From Candidatus Hermodarchaeota archaeon (GTDB lineage Archaea; Asgardarchaeota; Hermodarchaeia; Hermodarchaeales; Hermodarchaeaceae): a stretch of 64,000 nt of DNA. Shown one piece after another: positions 9,522 to 20,371 of the stretch. Each line of letters opens with the position of its first letter. The first letter of the stretch is position 1. Made by a program: the position numbers and the translations under genes. The stretch spans positions 160,001-224,000 of the forward strand of contig JAEOTO010000032.1 of NCBI GenBank assembly GCA_016839805.1, given 5' to 3'. Below the pieces are notes generated by a model. That model made no database searches, was not told where the DNA came from, and was given only the letters and a program-made list of their open reading frames with translations.

Positions 9522-11138
9522 CTATTTCAGACTCTCTCCACGGTAGGAGGCAGCGAGAAGATCAGTAATGTTCATAACTCTAATATCAGAATTTGAATTT
9601 TTTACCACATCAACTAATTGAATGAAACAAAATGAGCATGACGTAGCAATAACGTCTGGTTTGACTTCGCTAAGAATTTCGTATTTAATTCGAGCAATTT
9701 CCTGTGAAAGCTCTCGCCGACCAGCTCGTACACCTCCGCCGGCTCCACAACATCGGTCACTGTCTTCAACATCTATGAATTCAATTTTCGGTATCATTCG
9801 CAGAAGTTTTCGAGGCTCTTCGCTTATACCTTGATGGCGATTAAGATGACAGGGGTCATGATAGACTACCCGAATAGGTAAGGGTTTCAAATCTTGTTGA
9901 TTAAAGCGTTCAAAACCTAATTGATCGACTAAGTACTCGTTGATGTCAAATGGCTCGAAATCATACGGTGGTTTATCCTTTTCATGTAGAATAATTGGCC
10001 AATCCTGTTTGATTGTGGACATACAACCGGGACAAAGTCCAACAACTTTGTTGACTCCCAATTTTCGGAAGTAATCGGTATTTTGAATAACCATCTCAGA
10101 AGCTATAGCGCGTGCTCCTGTTCGAAACGCAACACTTGTACAACACACAAAATCTTTTGGAATATGTACTCGTACTTTGTTTCGTTTTAATACTTCAACG
10201 ACATTCAATCCTACTTGCTGTATTCTCAGATTTATTAGACAGCCCGGGTAAAACAGCACCTCATCAACTGGGTCATCGACATCTATCACATCAGGTAATT
10301 GGTCCGTAAGAGGAGTGCTCTTAACGTCAACTGCATACCCTGTACTTTCTATTTGTTTGATGAAGCCCTGATGCCCTTCTAATGGTCCCATCCCTCGCTC
10401 AACCGCGAGCGCACGTAAACCTTCCACTGCAGTTCGCCTAGTATCAATATGTTTGGGAATGCAAACTTCTTTGCATATTCCGCAGCTTGTGCAATCATAT
10501 AGACCACTAGTCACAGCTAATTGGACACGGTCACCTTGATCGCGTGGATCGAATTCAAAACTTGCCAATTCTCGCATTGCGATTGGTCCGGGGAATTCCT
10601 GTTTGGCTGAAGCTACAGCGGGACATGCAGCATAGCAAGAAAAACATTCAATACATGAACGCAGTTCCATTGCGGCAGAGATTTCTTCGCGAGTTAACTT
10701 TTCAGGTCGGTCAGGAGCTGATGTACGTTCTAAGTATGGGCGTAACTTCTCAAGGCGTCGGAACCCTGGTCCTAAATCCACTACAAGATCACGGATTATT
10801 GGAAAATTGAATAATGGTTCTAGTGTATATTGTTTCGAAGGGTCGACTACAGTTCGACAAGCAAGTCCGGGGATTCCGTTAATATCGATTGCACAAGATC
10901 CACATTGACCAGTTCGACAGTTCCAACGATAAGCCAAGGTAGAGTCCAAATTTTGAAAAATATAGTGGAGTGCATCAAGGACTCCTTGGCGATCTGAATA
11001 TGGAACTTTAAAAGTAACATATGTAGGTTCATCATCTATATCAGGATTGAATCGTTGAATCCGGAATTGAACCTTTTGTTTTTTTGCCATTAATGTTAGC
11101 CTCATTAAAGCAATTTCTAAGTCCAAGGGGGGGGCCAC
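9522..11138 (-). CDS. tfrB: Thiol:fumarate reductase subunit B (FrdB Fe-S domain fused to CCG/HdrD-like domains)
   Basis: CRTGQCGSC 2Fe-2S motif, two CxxCxxCxxxC motifs, HDPCH and CCGAGGG CCG motifs; true start probably MAKKQ. Confidence 0.85.
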   Translation of the reverse strand: MAPPLDLEIALMRLTLMAKKQKVQFRIQRFNPDIDDEPTYVTFKVPYSDRQGVLDALHYIFQNLDSTLAYRWNCRTGQCGSCAIDINGIPGLACRTVVDPSKQYTLEPLFNFPIIRDLVVDLGPGFRRLEKLRPYLERTSAPDRPEKLTREEISAAMELRSCIECFSCYAACPAVASAKQEFPGPIAMRELASFEFDPRDQGDRVQLAVTSGLYDCTSCGICKEVCIPKHIDTRRTAVEGLRALAVERGMGPLEGHQGFIKQIESTGYAVDVKSTPLTDQLPDVIDVDDPVDEVLFYPGCLINLRIQQVGLNVVEVLKRNKVRVHIPKDFVCCTSVAFRTGARAIASEMVIQNTDYFRKLGVNKVVGLCPGCMSTIKQDWPIILHEKDKPPYDFEPFDINEYLVDQLGFERFNQQDLKPLPIRVVYHDPCHLNRHQGISEEPRKLLRMIPKIEFIDVEDSDRCCGAGGGVRAGRRELSQEIARIKYEILSEVKPDVIATSCSFCFIQLVDVVKNSNSDIRVMNITDLLAASYRGESLK

Positions 11139-12814
11139 TTAGTAACAACAACAGATGTGTTTTGAAGTGTCATCTTCCCGTTGTGTTTTGCCACCATAAT
11201 GTTGGTAAACCAATTTTTGTTATCAAGGCTAGGATAATCAGTTCGATAATGTGCACCCCTTGACTCTTTGCGAAGAAGCGCAGAACGAACAAACATCTCA
11301 GCTACGAGCAGCATATCTTGCAATTCTAGTGCATTTATCCACTCTGTATTGTAGCGCGTAGCTTTGTTTCGAACAGCAAGTTGGGAAGTGATCTGCTTTT
11401 GATGATCATTGATGAATTGAAGAGCTGCATTTAGGTCTTGTTCATTTCTGAATAATCCTGCTCTATCCCACATAACACGTTGAAGCTGTTTGGTTTCCAT
11501 TGACGGGCTTAATCCATCTTCTCTTTGCAACGGAGCCATTACACGTTCGTATTCTTCATTGATTGCCCTTCGATTAAGAGAGGGAGATTGAGCAGTAGCA
11601 GCATATTTTGCAGCTGAACCCCCAGCAATTTTTCCGAAAACTTGACCAGCGGCGAGAGCATTCCCTCCTAAACGATTCCCACCATGCACCCCACCCGCTA
11701 CTTCACCAGCGGCATAAAGCCCTGGTAAATTTGTAGCAGCCGATGCATCAATTTTAATCCCACCCATCACGTGGTGAGCTGTTGGTGTAACTTCCATTGG
11801 TTCATTCCGAATATCAATACCAATATCAAGAAAATCTTCTAGCATAGTAGGAAGTCTTTCTTCAATGATTTTTGTAGGTAAGAAAGAAACATCTAGATAT
11901 ACAGCTTCGTTTTCTGTTCCACGTCCTTCGCGAATTTCTGTCGCAATTGACCTTGCAACTTCATCACGTCCTGCTAGCTCCATGGATCGAGGATTGTATC
12001 GTATCATAAATCGTTCGCCAACTTTGTTGAGAAGAATTCCGCCTTCACCTCGCACACCTTCAGTGACTAGGCGCCCCCGTGCAGCAGGGGGAATAGCTGC
12101 ACCCGTTGGATGAAACTGAAACTGTTCCATATCGATTAATTCGACACCAGCCTTGTATGCCAATGCGTATCCACTACCCACATCGGCTTGAGCATTTGTC
12201 GTTACATCATAAATCCGTCCTGCACCACCTGCAGCCATAATCACAGAGGGAGCACGGAACACTTTGAAATTCCCAGTTCTAATATCAACAACTGAGATAC
12301 CCACCACACGCGTTTCTTTGGTTAGGAGTGAAGTGGCAAATACTTCATCGATAATATTAATTTCCCGTCTACGGAGTTCTTCAGTTAATGTTGCCAAAAC
12401 CTCATGCCCCGTCCTGTCTCCAGCATAGCACGTTCGACGATAGGTTTGGTGACCGAAAGGACGTTGCATTATTAGTCCATCGGGAGTACGGGAAAATATC
12501 GCACCAAAATTTTCTAGATCATATACTCTCTTAGGAGCATCCTCTACTAGGATTTCAACTAAATTCTGATTATTCAGGAAGGCTCCAGCGCTACACGTAT
12601 CCCTCCCATGTATTTCACATAAATCATCTGGATCTAGATTTGCTAGCGCGGCGTTAATTCCTCCTTCGGCCATAACAGTATGGGCTTTCCCCAAAATATC
12701 CTTAGTAATTACTGTAATATCCAGATCTGCCTCAGAAGAAGCAATAGCCGCACGACACCCAGCACCTCCTGCTCCAACAACCAAAACGTCTGTATCAATA
12801 ATTTCGAAAGTCAC
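11117..12814 (-). CDS. tfrA: Thiol:fumarate reductase / fumarate reductase flavoprotein subunit A
   Basis: GAGGAG, AHTVMAEGG, QFHPT, EGVRGEGG, HGGNRLGGN, ESRGAH. Confidence 0.9.
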   Translation of the reverse strand: MTFEIIDTDVLVVGAGGAGCRAAIASSEADLDITVITKDILGKAHTVMAEGGINAALANLDPDDLCEIHGRDTCSAGAFLNNQNLVEILVEDAPKRVYDLENFGAIFSRTPDGLIMQRPFGHQTYRRTCYAGDRTGHEVLATLTEELRRREINIIDEVFATSLLTKETRVVGISVVDIRTGNFKVFRAPSVIMAAGGAGRIYDVTTNAQADVGSGYALAYKAGVELIDMEQFQFHPTGAAIPPAARGRLVTEGVRGEGGILLNKVGERFMIRYNPRSMELAGRDEVARSIATEIREGRGTENEAVYLDVSFLPTKIIEERLPTMLEDFLDIGIDIRNEPMEVTPTAHHVMGGIKIDASAATNLPGLYAAGEVAGGVHGGNRLGGNALAAGQVFGKIAGGSAAKYAATAQSPSLNRRAINEEYERVMAPLQREDGLSPSMETKQLQRVMWDRAGLFRNEQDLNAALQFINDHQKQITSQLAVRNKATRYNTEWINALELQDMLLVAEMFVRSALLRKESRGAHYRTDYPSLDNKNWFTNIMVAKHNGKMTLQNTSVVVTKWPPPWT

Positions 12815-13275
12815 TTGGATTCACCCATCGCCTTGACAATTTTACTGAGTTTAATTGGTGAACTTATGCTCTTTTCTTGGATAGCCAAACCTGACTCCAA
12901 AGGTTGAATAATTTCTTGGATTACCCAATCCGTAGCTTTTCTTTGGGCAGTTTCATAATCTTTGTCTTCGGTATTCCGGTCAATGCGCATGAAAAAGTTA
13001 TATGGTTCATTTTCCGAACTTTCTTTGGAGATAATCCAGAACGATTTTCCACCTTCGGGAACATTAATTGAACCTGTTATTTCATACCACTCTTCAATTT
13101 TGATTTTACCTTGTTTTTCGCGGTCGATTCGAACTTTGGTCATTTGTACATTTCGAAGATCAGATATGTTCTGTAAGCTTTGGAAAAGGACTTCACTAGA
13201 TTTCTTAAGGTTATAATCAGCGATTGTAATTTTGACATAGAGATCTGTTCTAAATATTGGCATTGAAGTAAACAC
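12811..13275 (-). CDS. Hypothetical protein
   Basis: 154-aa ORF overlapping the tfrA start by 4 nt; no recognised motif. Confidence 0.6.
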   Translation of the reverse strand: MFTSMPIFRTDLYVKITIADYNLKKSSEVLFQSLQNISDLRNVQMTKVRIDREKQGKIKIEEWYEITGSINVPEGGKSFWIISKESSENEPYNFFMRIDRNTEDKDYETAQRKATDWVIQEIIQPLESGLAIQEKSISSPIKLSKIVKAMGESK

Positions 13276-13412
13276 CTGGAGTGGGATTCCAGCAGCGGCA
13301 AAGTCTCAAGTTGCCTTAAACTTTACTCATTAATTGAGTTGAGCCGATTGATAACTACAAATTTTTTCAGTTTAACGAGTTTTTAACTTAATTTCATAGA
13401 CTTCTTTAGAGA

Positions 13413-14846
13413 ATGATGAGGATTCCAATTTTTAAAAGATATGAGGGTACTTTATTTGTATTATTCAAATGCCTTAGCCTTGGTTTTTTCCTAACTCTTG
13501 TTCATTTACTAATACAGCCGTTTATTTTGGTTGGAATTGCCACATTTCCTCTAATCCTCATAGGATCTGTAATACTCATCGTAAGATCATTCTTATTTGA
13601 AAATAGAACAGAGATTTTTGATTTAACCGCTCCAACCATATTCGACAATGGTCTTATGACCTTTCACTCACTGAATGAACAGTCTGCAGTCTTTTTCTCA
13701 TTTAATTTATCATTGTATAGATTGGAGGGGAGAATCGCAGAGCGAGCTCTTACAGTTCTTCTTAAGATTTTACCAGCTTCCACTATCTTATCGCTAGAAT
13801 GGTCCTCTCAGAACGAGTGCTTTGTGAATTTCTATATTAAACTTGAAAAGAATTCCTTCCTAACTCAAGCAAGAGAATTACTAGATAATATCACGAATAG
13901 TTTCAATAAAATTTTTGGAGAACAACAGATTCGTGCATTAAATGGAGAAGAAATTACGCTCCATTTTTCCATGGGAATGACTGGAAGGATTGGTCAAATT
14001 GCAGCTAAGGGAAAATGCCTTGACCTCTATACTGAGACAGCAAGAGAAAAGCGTTTTATTACCTTAATTAGCCCTTCAAATAAGGATACCCTTAAACATG
14101 TTTTGGAGAGCCTTACCCATTCAAATTTTATGAGAATATTTTTTCCAATGAAAAAGGTTGAAAAAGCCCTAAAAATTTCAGATCATCTTATCATGGTTTC
14201 AGATGTTGAATGTAAGTACAGTAATTCATTTCCTCAAACGGAAATGATTTCCATAACTAATCTGTCGGCACTTAAAGCAATTCGAATATTTGGCGATATT
14301 CTGACAAGAAATCTTATTCATGAAAAATCCAAAACGTCTAATTTTCAGAATACCGTACATCAAATTTTGGAATTCGTTTCACCATCATACACAAGGCAGG
14401 AAGACACCATGCAAACGGTAGTAACGCTCACTGCTAGCCCCCGAGCCTTAAATTCAAGAAAATGGAGAGAAAGTTTAATTCAACTTTCATCTCAATTGGA
14501 TTTACCTTTTGAAATTGATGCTCAAATGTTAGTTGAAGGAATTCCGATTAGACTCGACGGAAAAGTAGGAAATCTTTTATTTTTCATTATTCCGCAAATA
14601 AAAAATTCACACCTGAAATGGTTAATCAAAAGCCTCACGAAACTTCTTAAAGAAGATCACCAGATGAGAATCAACTTTTTATTAGACCAGAAGTTACAAA
14701 AACCGTTGGTTGATGAATTGATCTCTGCATCTGTGTTTACTGATCGAATACAAGGGATTTCGACCAAAAAAGAACTTAACGTGATTTTAAGCGATTACAA
14801 AAAGCTTCTCTTAGGAGAAAAAGACGTACTCGTCCAGGTAGTTTAG
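13413..14846 (+). CDS. Membrane-anchored hypothetical protein
   Basis: 477-aa ORF with two N-terminal TM helices. Confidence 0.65.
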   Translation: MMRIPIFKRYEGTLFVLFKCLSLGFFLTLVHLLIQPFILVGIATFPLILIGSVILIVRSFLFENRTEIFDLTAPTIFDNGLMTFHSLNEQSAVFFSFNLSLYRLEGRIAERALTVLLKILPASTILSLEWSSQNECFVNFYIKLEKNSFLTQARELLDNITNSFNKIFGEQQIRALNGEEITLHFSMGMTGRIGQIAAKGKCLDLYTETAREKRFITLISPSNKDTLKHVLESLTHSNFMRIFFPMKKVEKALKISDHLIMVSDVECKYSNSFPQTEMISITNLSALKAIRIFGDILTRNLIHEKSKTSNFQNTVHQILEFVSPSYTRQEDTMQTVVTLTASPRALNSRKWRESLIQLSSQLDLPFEIDAQMLVEGIPIRLDGKVGNLLFFIIPQIKNSHLKWLIKSLTKLLKEDHQMRINFLLDQKLQKPLVDELISASVFTDRIQGISTKKELNVILSDYKKLLLGEKDVLVQVV

Positions 14847-14892
14847 AAAATTCTTTAAGGATATTATGACTTCCTTCAGAACCGGTGGTTTA

Positions 14893-15195
14893 ATGGTTAA
14901 GAAAAATAAACCCGTTTCTAAACAGCCAACCAAAAAACAACAAAAGGACGAAGAGACTAAAACTCGGGGACGCGAATCTATTCGACGTGAGCTAATTATT
15001 AGTGAAGAACAAAAACAGGAAATGGAAAAAGAAATTCCAACAATGCGTGTAATCACAGCTAGTGCAATTGCTCAAAAATACTCGGTTAGAGTTAGTATTG
15101 CAAAAGCCGTATTATCTGAATTGGAATCAAAGGGATTAATTCGACAGGTAGCCTCTCAAGGAAAGTTCAGATTGTATTCTAAGACTTCAAGTTAA
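14893..15195 (+). CDS. rps25e: Ribosomal protein eS25
   Basis: Lys-rich N-terminus; KEIPTMRVITASAIAQKYSVRVSIAKAVLSELESKGLI winged helix typical of S25e. Confidence 0.88.
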   Translation: MVKKNKPVSKQPTKKQQKDEETKTRGRESIRRELIISEEQKQEMEKEIPTMRVITASAIAQKYSVRVSIAKAVLSELESKGLIRQVASQGKFRLYSKTSS

Positions 15196-15211
15196 CAAGG
15201 AGAAGATTTGT

Positions 15212-15613
15212 TTGGGTAACTCGACGTTCGTTTCGCGAATACCCATTGAATTCACCATAGGTAATGATCTCGTCTTGACGGGAGAATTAAACAGTGTGCT
15301 TTCCCCACGAACAATTGATAGACTTCTAAAGAAGATTCCAATAAATAGTCGAATACACATTTGGAAAAAAGAGCTTTATTTTGAAGTGGGAATTCGTATG
15401 GGAGTCGAAAAAGTTGCTGAAACCTGTAATGCTGGTGATATCGCATATTGGCCTCAAGGCGATGCTGTGTGCCTTTTCTTTCAAACAATGAGGCCATTCA
15501 GTAAAGTCAGCCCATTAGGTCAATTTACCAGCGTCGATTTTGAAAAAGTATTTGAGCAAATTCATTCTGGAATGATGATTAAAATTCGTCAAACAACTTC
15601 ATCTGAGGTTTGA
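15212..15613 (+). CDS. Cyclophilin-like fold protein (TM1367/DUF369 type)
   Basis: SPRTI..., WKKELYF, AGDIAYWPQGDAVCLFF. Confidence 0.8.
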   Translation: MGNSTFVSRIPIEFTIGNDLVLTGELNSVLSPRTIDRLLKKIPINSRIHIWKKELYFEVGIRMGVEKVAETCNAGDIAYWPQGDAVCLFFQTMRPFSKVSPLGQFTSVDFEKVFEQIHSGMMIKIRQTTSSEV

Positions 15614-15659
15614 AGATACATACTGAGTGGTTTAAGTAGACCATTTTGAACACAATCCT

Positions 15660-18515
15660 GTGTCTAAGTTTGATGTAAAGCCAACACGACAGCCTACAAA
15701 TCCACTGACTCTAGTCTTAATCGTAATTATTATTCTCGTAAGTTGGCAGATTTCAACTTTCTTTTTACCCACCAAAGGACCATTGGATATCATCAGTACT
15801 TGGTTATCAGTAACTGGCGCACAGTTAACCGAACTGATAGTTCTATTTTTTCCCCTGATATTAGTTTGTTTTATCATTTCAACTGCTGCAATTTTCCTTT
15901 TCTTTCGTCTCATCGTACTCCAAAAATGGAGGAAGTTTCTTCTCTCATTGAATATATCTTCAAATGAAACCATCCACGAGTTTCAAAATTTTCAGTTGAG
16001 CGGTCTTGAAGTAAAAAGCCTCCCATACGTGCGATCGATATTTGATTCCCCTCAGACAAGTGACACTTTCTTTACCGGTAATATTGATAACCCACAAAAA
16101 TTTGTGCATTGGATTGCATTGCATAATGAGTTAAGAGAAGCCAGTTTCGAGGTTAACATTGACTCCGAGATAAAAGTCAGGTTTTGGGTTCCGCAAAACC
16201 AAGAAAAAAACGACCTTGATATCTTATGTTCAAGCCTTCAAACAAATAATAGTAATCTAGAATTTGATCCAACACCATATCACGCAATAATAGGGATATT
16301 CGGCTCCCATCCAAATAGCGTATCACTTCGATCAAAGTATGTTAAATTTAATAACGAGTGCATTTCAATCATTTTTATCAAGGGAATTCCTAGAGCTTCT
16401 TTTGAAGGGACTCAGATAGATCGTTTAATTCATGCTCTTCTCGAAAGGGAGCTACGTGCTAGTTTTGTCGTGAATTTCATATCTTCAAAAAAAATCCCTA
16501 AAGATAATTGTGGCAAATCCACCCAAGCAAATCCAGGATTATCAAATGGAATTTCTGTAAGTTTCAACCGTAAAAATGATGGAGAAGAAACTACTTTTGG
16601 ATTCTGGGAGACTTCATCTTACTTGATCGTAAGAAGCACAGACGAAGACAAACATTTAACGAAGGTAAAAAGTGCTAAAATTATTCTAGAAACAATATTT
16701 CTAAACCCTTCTGATCCTATAGAAACGAAAATCCTAAAGGGATATCAACTTCAACTTGCCCTTCCAAAGGTATTACGGCGAACGAGTATTGGTAAAACAG
16801 GTCTTTTATCTAGTCGTCAGCTTTCGTTTTTAGTCCAATTTCCTCAAGAAGCCCAACCAGGATATGTTCGTAAATATTCAACGATTTTTGAGATACCCCC
16901 TCAAAGAGAAACGGATATAGAACTTTTTCAGGTTTTAAAGGGAGATCGAAAATTGTACACGGCTGGTGTAGATCTTTCACATTTTATGACACACATGGTT
17001 GTCGCTGGTCAAACTGGCAAGGGAAAAACCCGTTTCGTAGGAAACCTAATTCAACAAATAAAAAAATGCAAGGATATTGGCATCACAATTTTTGATTGGA
17101 AAGGAGAATACCAAGAATTATTACACACCGTATATGAAATTGGTCGTGAATCCTGTCCTCTGAAAATTAATCTATTTGAAACACACGGTTTAGACAATAT
17201 CGAGCAGTATGTTCAAACACTAGTAGCTCTTTTCAGAGAATTATTACGAACTGAGACAGAAAACAATCTGTCCAGTCAGATGGAGCGAATATTGAGAGAA
17301 TCGTTAATTGAATATTTGAGACATAGCTCCGGTAGTTATGAAGGCTACGAGAAGTTCCTATCAGCGTGGATTACAAAAAACCGCAGGCGTTTTTCAAATC
17401 CTGAGTCATCAACTGCAGGCCTAATTAATCGATTTGGGACGTTATTCAGAGGTCGGTTAGGTTTTGTATTCAATACACCAGCAACAACGATTGATTTAGA
17501 ATCGCTTCTTCAGGATCAAGTCTGCTTCGACCTTTCTAATCTAGCAGCCTACAACAAGGATGACGCCCGATTATTTTTGAACGTTTTACTTATGATAATC
17601 AGAACATATCTTTTTCAAAGATTTAGTGATCGCCTAAGATATCTCGTAATTGCCGAAGAGGCGCAGTATCTTGTTCCTGAAGTCTTTACTAAACGAAGCA
17701 CAGCTGACGCGAGTCCAATTGAAGACATAACACTATTTCAACGAGCTTATGGAGCAGGCTTAATTGCAGTTACTACCAGACCCAACCTCATCAGCCGTAA
17801 TATTTTAGCTAATAGTGGAACGAAAATCTTCTTTCAATGCCCCTTAGATTCAAATCTAGTTGGGGAAATAATTAACCTCACACCCGATCAACGGCAATTC
17901 CTTTCATTAATGCCAGACCGTGTTCTCATTGCTCATCTACCATGGTTTGAGCATCCCTTTAAGGGGAAAACAACACCTTTCGAATTCTCTAATCCCCGAA
18001 CTAATGAAGCAAAAAAGATTTATGAAAAACCAGTTTCACAAAACGATCACAAGTTAAAAAAACATGAGTTCAGCCCTACCCATCAAATCAGCCACCTCCA
18101 TCCCATAGAGAGGCATTTCATAGATACAGTCTGCACTGTCCTCTACAAGCAGCAAATCCTCCATCGAGTTTGTAAAATCAACTCACAAATATTAATTGAC
18201 ATTCCCCGTCAAAAAATATTGATTTTCTTTATCGAAAATCTCGATCAACTAACCCAATTAAATCTTTCAACACTATCGTACAACGCATCAGCAATCATTC
18301 TCTTTTGCCCACCTTTAACAAAGACCAAAATTCAAAATGAATTAATTGACAAAATTACTAATTATGAAGCCACCACTAAGATCCTACCTAAGATACACCT
18401 TGCATCGTTGACGCGCATAGAAGTTGAAAAAGTGATTCAAAATCTTGCAACAGGAAAATTACACCAATATTTAATACAGATCCCTTTGAATACTCAAAAT
18501 CAGGTACTACCATAG
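15660..18515 (+). CDS. Membrane-anchored HerA/VirB4-like P-loop ATPase (DUF87)
   Basis: Two N-terminal TMs; HMVVAGQTGKGKT, FDWKGEY, IAEEAQ, QRAYG, TTRP, NSGTKI. Confidence 0.85.
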   Translation: MSKFDVKPTRQPTNPLTLVLIVIIILVSWQISTFFLPTKGPLDIISTWLSVTGAQLTELIVLFFPLILVCFIISTAAIFLFFRLIVLQKWRKFLLSLNISSNETIHEFQNFQLSGLEVKSLPYVRSIFDSPQTSDTFFTGNIDNPQKFVHWIALHNELREASFEVNIDSEIKVRFWVPQNQEKNDLDILCSSLQTNNSNLEFDPTPYHAIIGIFGSHPNSVSLRSKYVKFNNECISIIFIKGIPRASFEGTQIDRLIHALLERELRASFVVNFISSKKIPKDNCGKSTQANPGLSNGISVSFNRKNDGEETTFGFWETSSYLIVRSTDEDKHLTKVKSAKIILETIFLNPSDPIETKILKGYQLQLALPKVLRRTSIGKTGLLSSRQLSFLVQFPQEAQPGYVRKYSTIFEIPPQRETDIELFQVLKGDRKLYTAGVDLSHFMTHMVVAGQTGKGKTRFVGNLIQQIKKCKDIGITIFDWKGEYQELLHTVYEIGRESCPLKINLFETHGLDNIEQYVQTLVALFRELLRTETENNLSSQMERILRESLIEYLRHSSGSYEGYEKFLSAWITKNRRRFSNPESSTAGLINRFGTLFRGRLGFVFNTPATTIDLESLLQDQVCFDLSNLAAYNKDDARLFLNVLLMIIRTYLFQRFSDRLRYLVIAEEAQYLVPEVFTKRSTADASPIEDITLFQRAYGAGLIAVTTRPNLISRNILANSGTKIFFQCPLDSNLVGEIINLTPDQRQFLSLMPDRVLIAHLPWFEHPFKGKTTPFEFSNPRTNEAKKIYEKPVSQNDHKLKKHEFSPTHQISHLHPIERHFIDTVCTVLYKQQILHRVCKINSQILIDIPRQKILIFFIENLDQLTQLNLSTLSYNASAIILFCPPLTKTKIQNELIDKITNYEATTKILPKIHLASLTRIEVEKVIQNLATGKLHQYLIQIPLNTQNQVLP

Positions 18516-18569
18516 CTTTGCGAATGTAATTGATGGGTTTTAATTTAAATTTCGAAGTAAAACCATGTA

Positions 18570-20252
18570 ATGAAGAAAAATGCAACAATACTTCTGATAA
18601 TGGCCATTCTGCTACCTCTGATATGTACTCCATTTTTGAATATAGTAGTCACTCAGGATTGCTTTGTTCAAATTGTTTCAGTTAGTCTAAATCAAACATC
18701 TCTTCAAATTGGAGAAAAACTTGAGGTTAATCTCGTCTATGATTTATATTTTGACCCTTTAGACCCTCTAGGAATAGGATCAGTTAGTGTCACAATAGGA
18801 ATTCAAGGGGTAAGCATTCCTCTGATACAATCAGAATTTACCGATGTTGGAATCGCCATAAATAAAGTAGTTATTTTAGATATCTCTCCAATAACGTGGG
18901 CGCCTAATGAAACCGGACAGGTTGGAAGAGTTCAAGTAGAGGGGTGGGTGCAAGATTCCGTTGGATCGATGACTGATAATGTAGAACAGCAATTCAGCGT
19001 TCAGCAGAGTAATCTCATCTGTGCGATGGCATCAATACCATCTCAAATTTCCTTTCATGATGTTTTCAACCTAACCGGATCTCTGCAAAACCCGAATAAT
19101 ACTTCGCTACCAATTCCCAATCATCCTCTCCAAATATCGGTATTACAGAATGACCAATTAATTCATTCTTGGAATCAAACCACTATACACCCATCTAATT
19201 TTTCACAAACTATCAATACAACACTCATCGGTACTGGACCTTTCAATTGTAATGTAACTGCATCGGAAAGCGATGATTATATCCCAACTGGTACACTCCT
19301 TTCATTCACAATACTAAAGGCAAATATAACGCTCTCAGTCACAACGAATGCTACTGTGGTTCAAGCCTATTACCCTTCAACAAATAACCATTCTCTATTC
19401 GTTTCCGTTCATCTCAACTGCCAATCAGCTAACCATAGTTTTGAAGAGGCTAATGTAACCTGTAGTTTAAGAAATGTTGACACAACAATGGACTATTCTG
19501 ATCTAAACCACTTTTCTACAGTGATAGAAGCCCCCTCTAACCCGGGTAACTATTCTATAACAATTACAGCTCTTACACCCAATCACAATACCATTAATAC
19601 TTCAGTACCCATCCGTGTAGTATCTCGTGATCCCCTAGTCTACTTAGAATCTAATAGATCAGCGGCAGCATATGATGATATTATAGAATTAACAGTAAAC
19701 GTTCTTGATGAAAACTCACAAGAACCAGTAGCGAACAAGACATGCTCTATTTATCTCTTTAATCAATCAGTTTGGAACTTACTAACACAACTAATCCTAG
19801 ATCAGGAAGGAACAGCAAAAATTTCGTGGCTCGCTCAAAACGTCGGTGACCAAGATTTCAGATTCAAAGCCGTCTTTCACGGTGAACCTGAATTTACAAC
19901 CAAAGAAACTGAACTGACCATTACAAATACACGTGAATTCCGGATAATACTAAAATCTACCATTGACATAATTAGACAGACAAACATCTTTTACCTAATA
20001 CAAATTACTGACAAGGATCACCAGCCTTTAACTAACGTTAATTTCACATTAATTGAACAAGCTACAAATTCATCATGGTCTACAGCCTTATCTAACACAT
20101 CCGGCTATGCCACCTTAACATGGTATCTAGCAAGCGACTACGCACTTGGACCCCATGAATTTTCTCTCTTGATTCAAAATGGTTCAATTACACTTGGTGT
20201 AATAGAAGTCATTATGATAGTCTTTGAGCAAACCAAATTAGATTTGGTTTAA
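18570..20252 (+). CDS. Secreted beta-rich (Ig-like repeat) surface protein
   Basis: Signal peptide, many N-x-S/T sequons, repeated T/LxxxGxAxxxW segments. Confidence 0.65.
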   Translation: MKKNATILLIMAILLPLICTPFLNIVVTQDCFVQIVSVSLNQTSLQIGEKLEVNLVYDLYFDPLDPLGIGSVSVTIGIQGVSIPLIQSEFTDVGIAINKVVILDISPITWAPNETGQVGRVQVEGWVQDSVGSMTDNVEQQFSVQQSNLICAMASIPSQISFHDVFNLTGSLQNPNNTSLPIPNHPLQISVLQNDQLIHSWNQTTIHPSNFSQTINTTLIGTGPFNCNVTASESDDYIPTGTLLSFTILKANITLSVTTNATVVQAYYPSTNNHSLFVSVHLNCQSANHSFEEANVTCSLRNVDTTMDYSDLNHFSTVIEAPSNPGNYSITITALTPNHNTINTSVPIRVVSRDPLVYLESNRSAAAYDDIIELTVNVLDENSQEPVANKTCSIYLFNQSVWNLLTQLILDQEGTAKISWLAQNVGDQDFRFKAVFHGEPEFTTKETELTITNTREFRIILKSTIDIIRQTNIFYLIQITDKDHQPLTNVNFTLIEQATNSSWSTALSNTSGYATLTWYLASDYALGPHEFSLLIQNGSITLGVIEVIMIVFEQTKLDLV

Positions 20253-20371
20253 TCTAAAATCAATGGGAAGAACAGTATCAGTGAAATTAGGGAAAATCAG
20301 AAGTATTTTTTAAATTATAAACTAACAACCAACCAGGTCTGATTAGGATTGAATTACTGGAGCCACCATTA

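Noticed and set aside
9522-12814. Selenocysteine recoding in redox genes
   Set aside because: The ORFs are full-length with ordinary Cys motifs; no in-frame TGA is needed.
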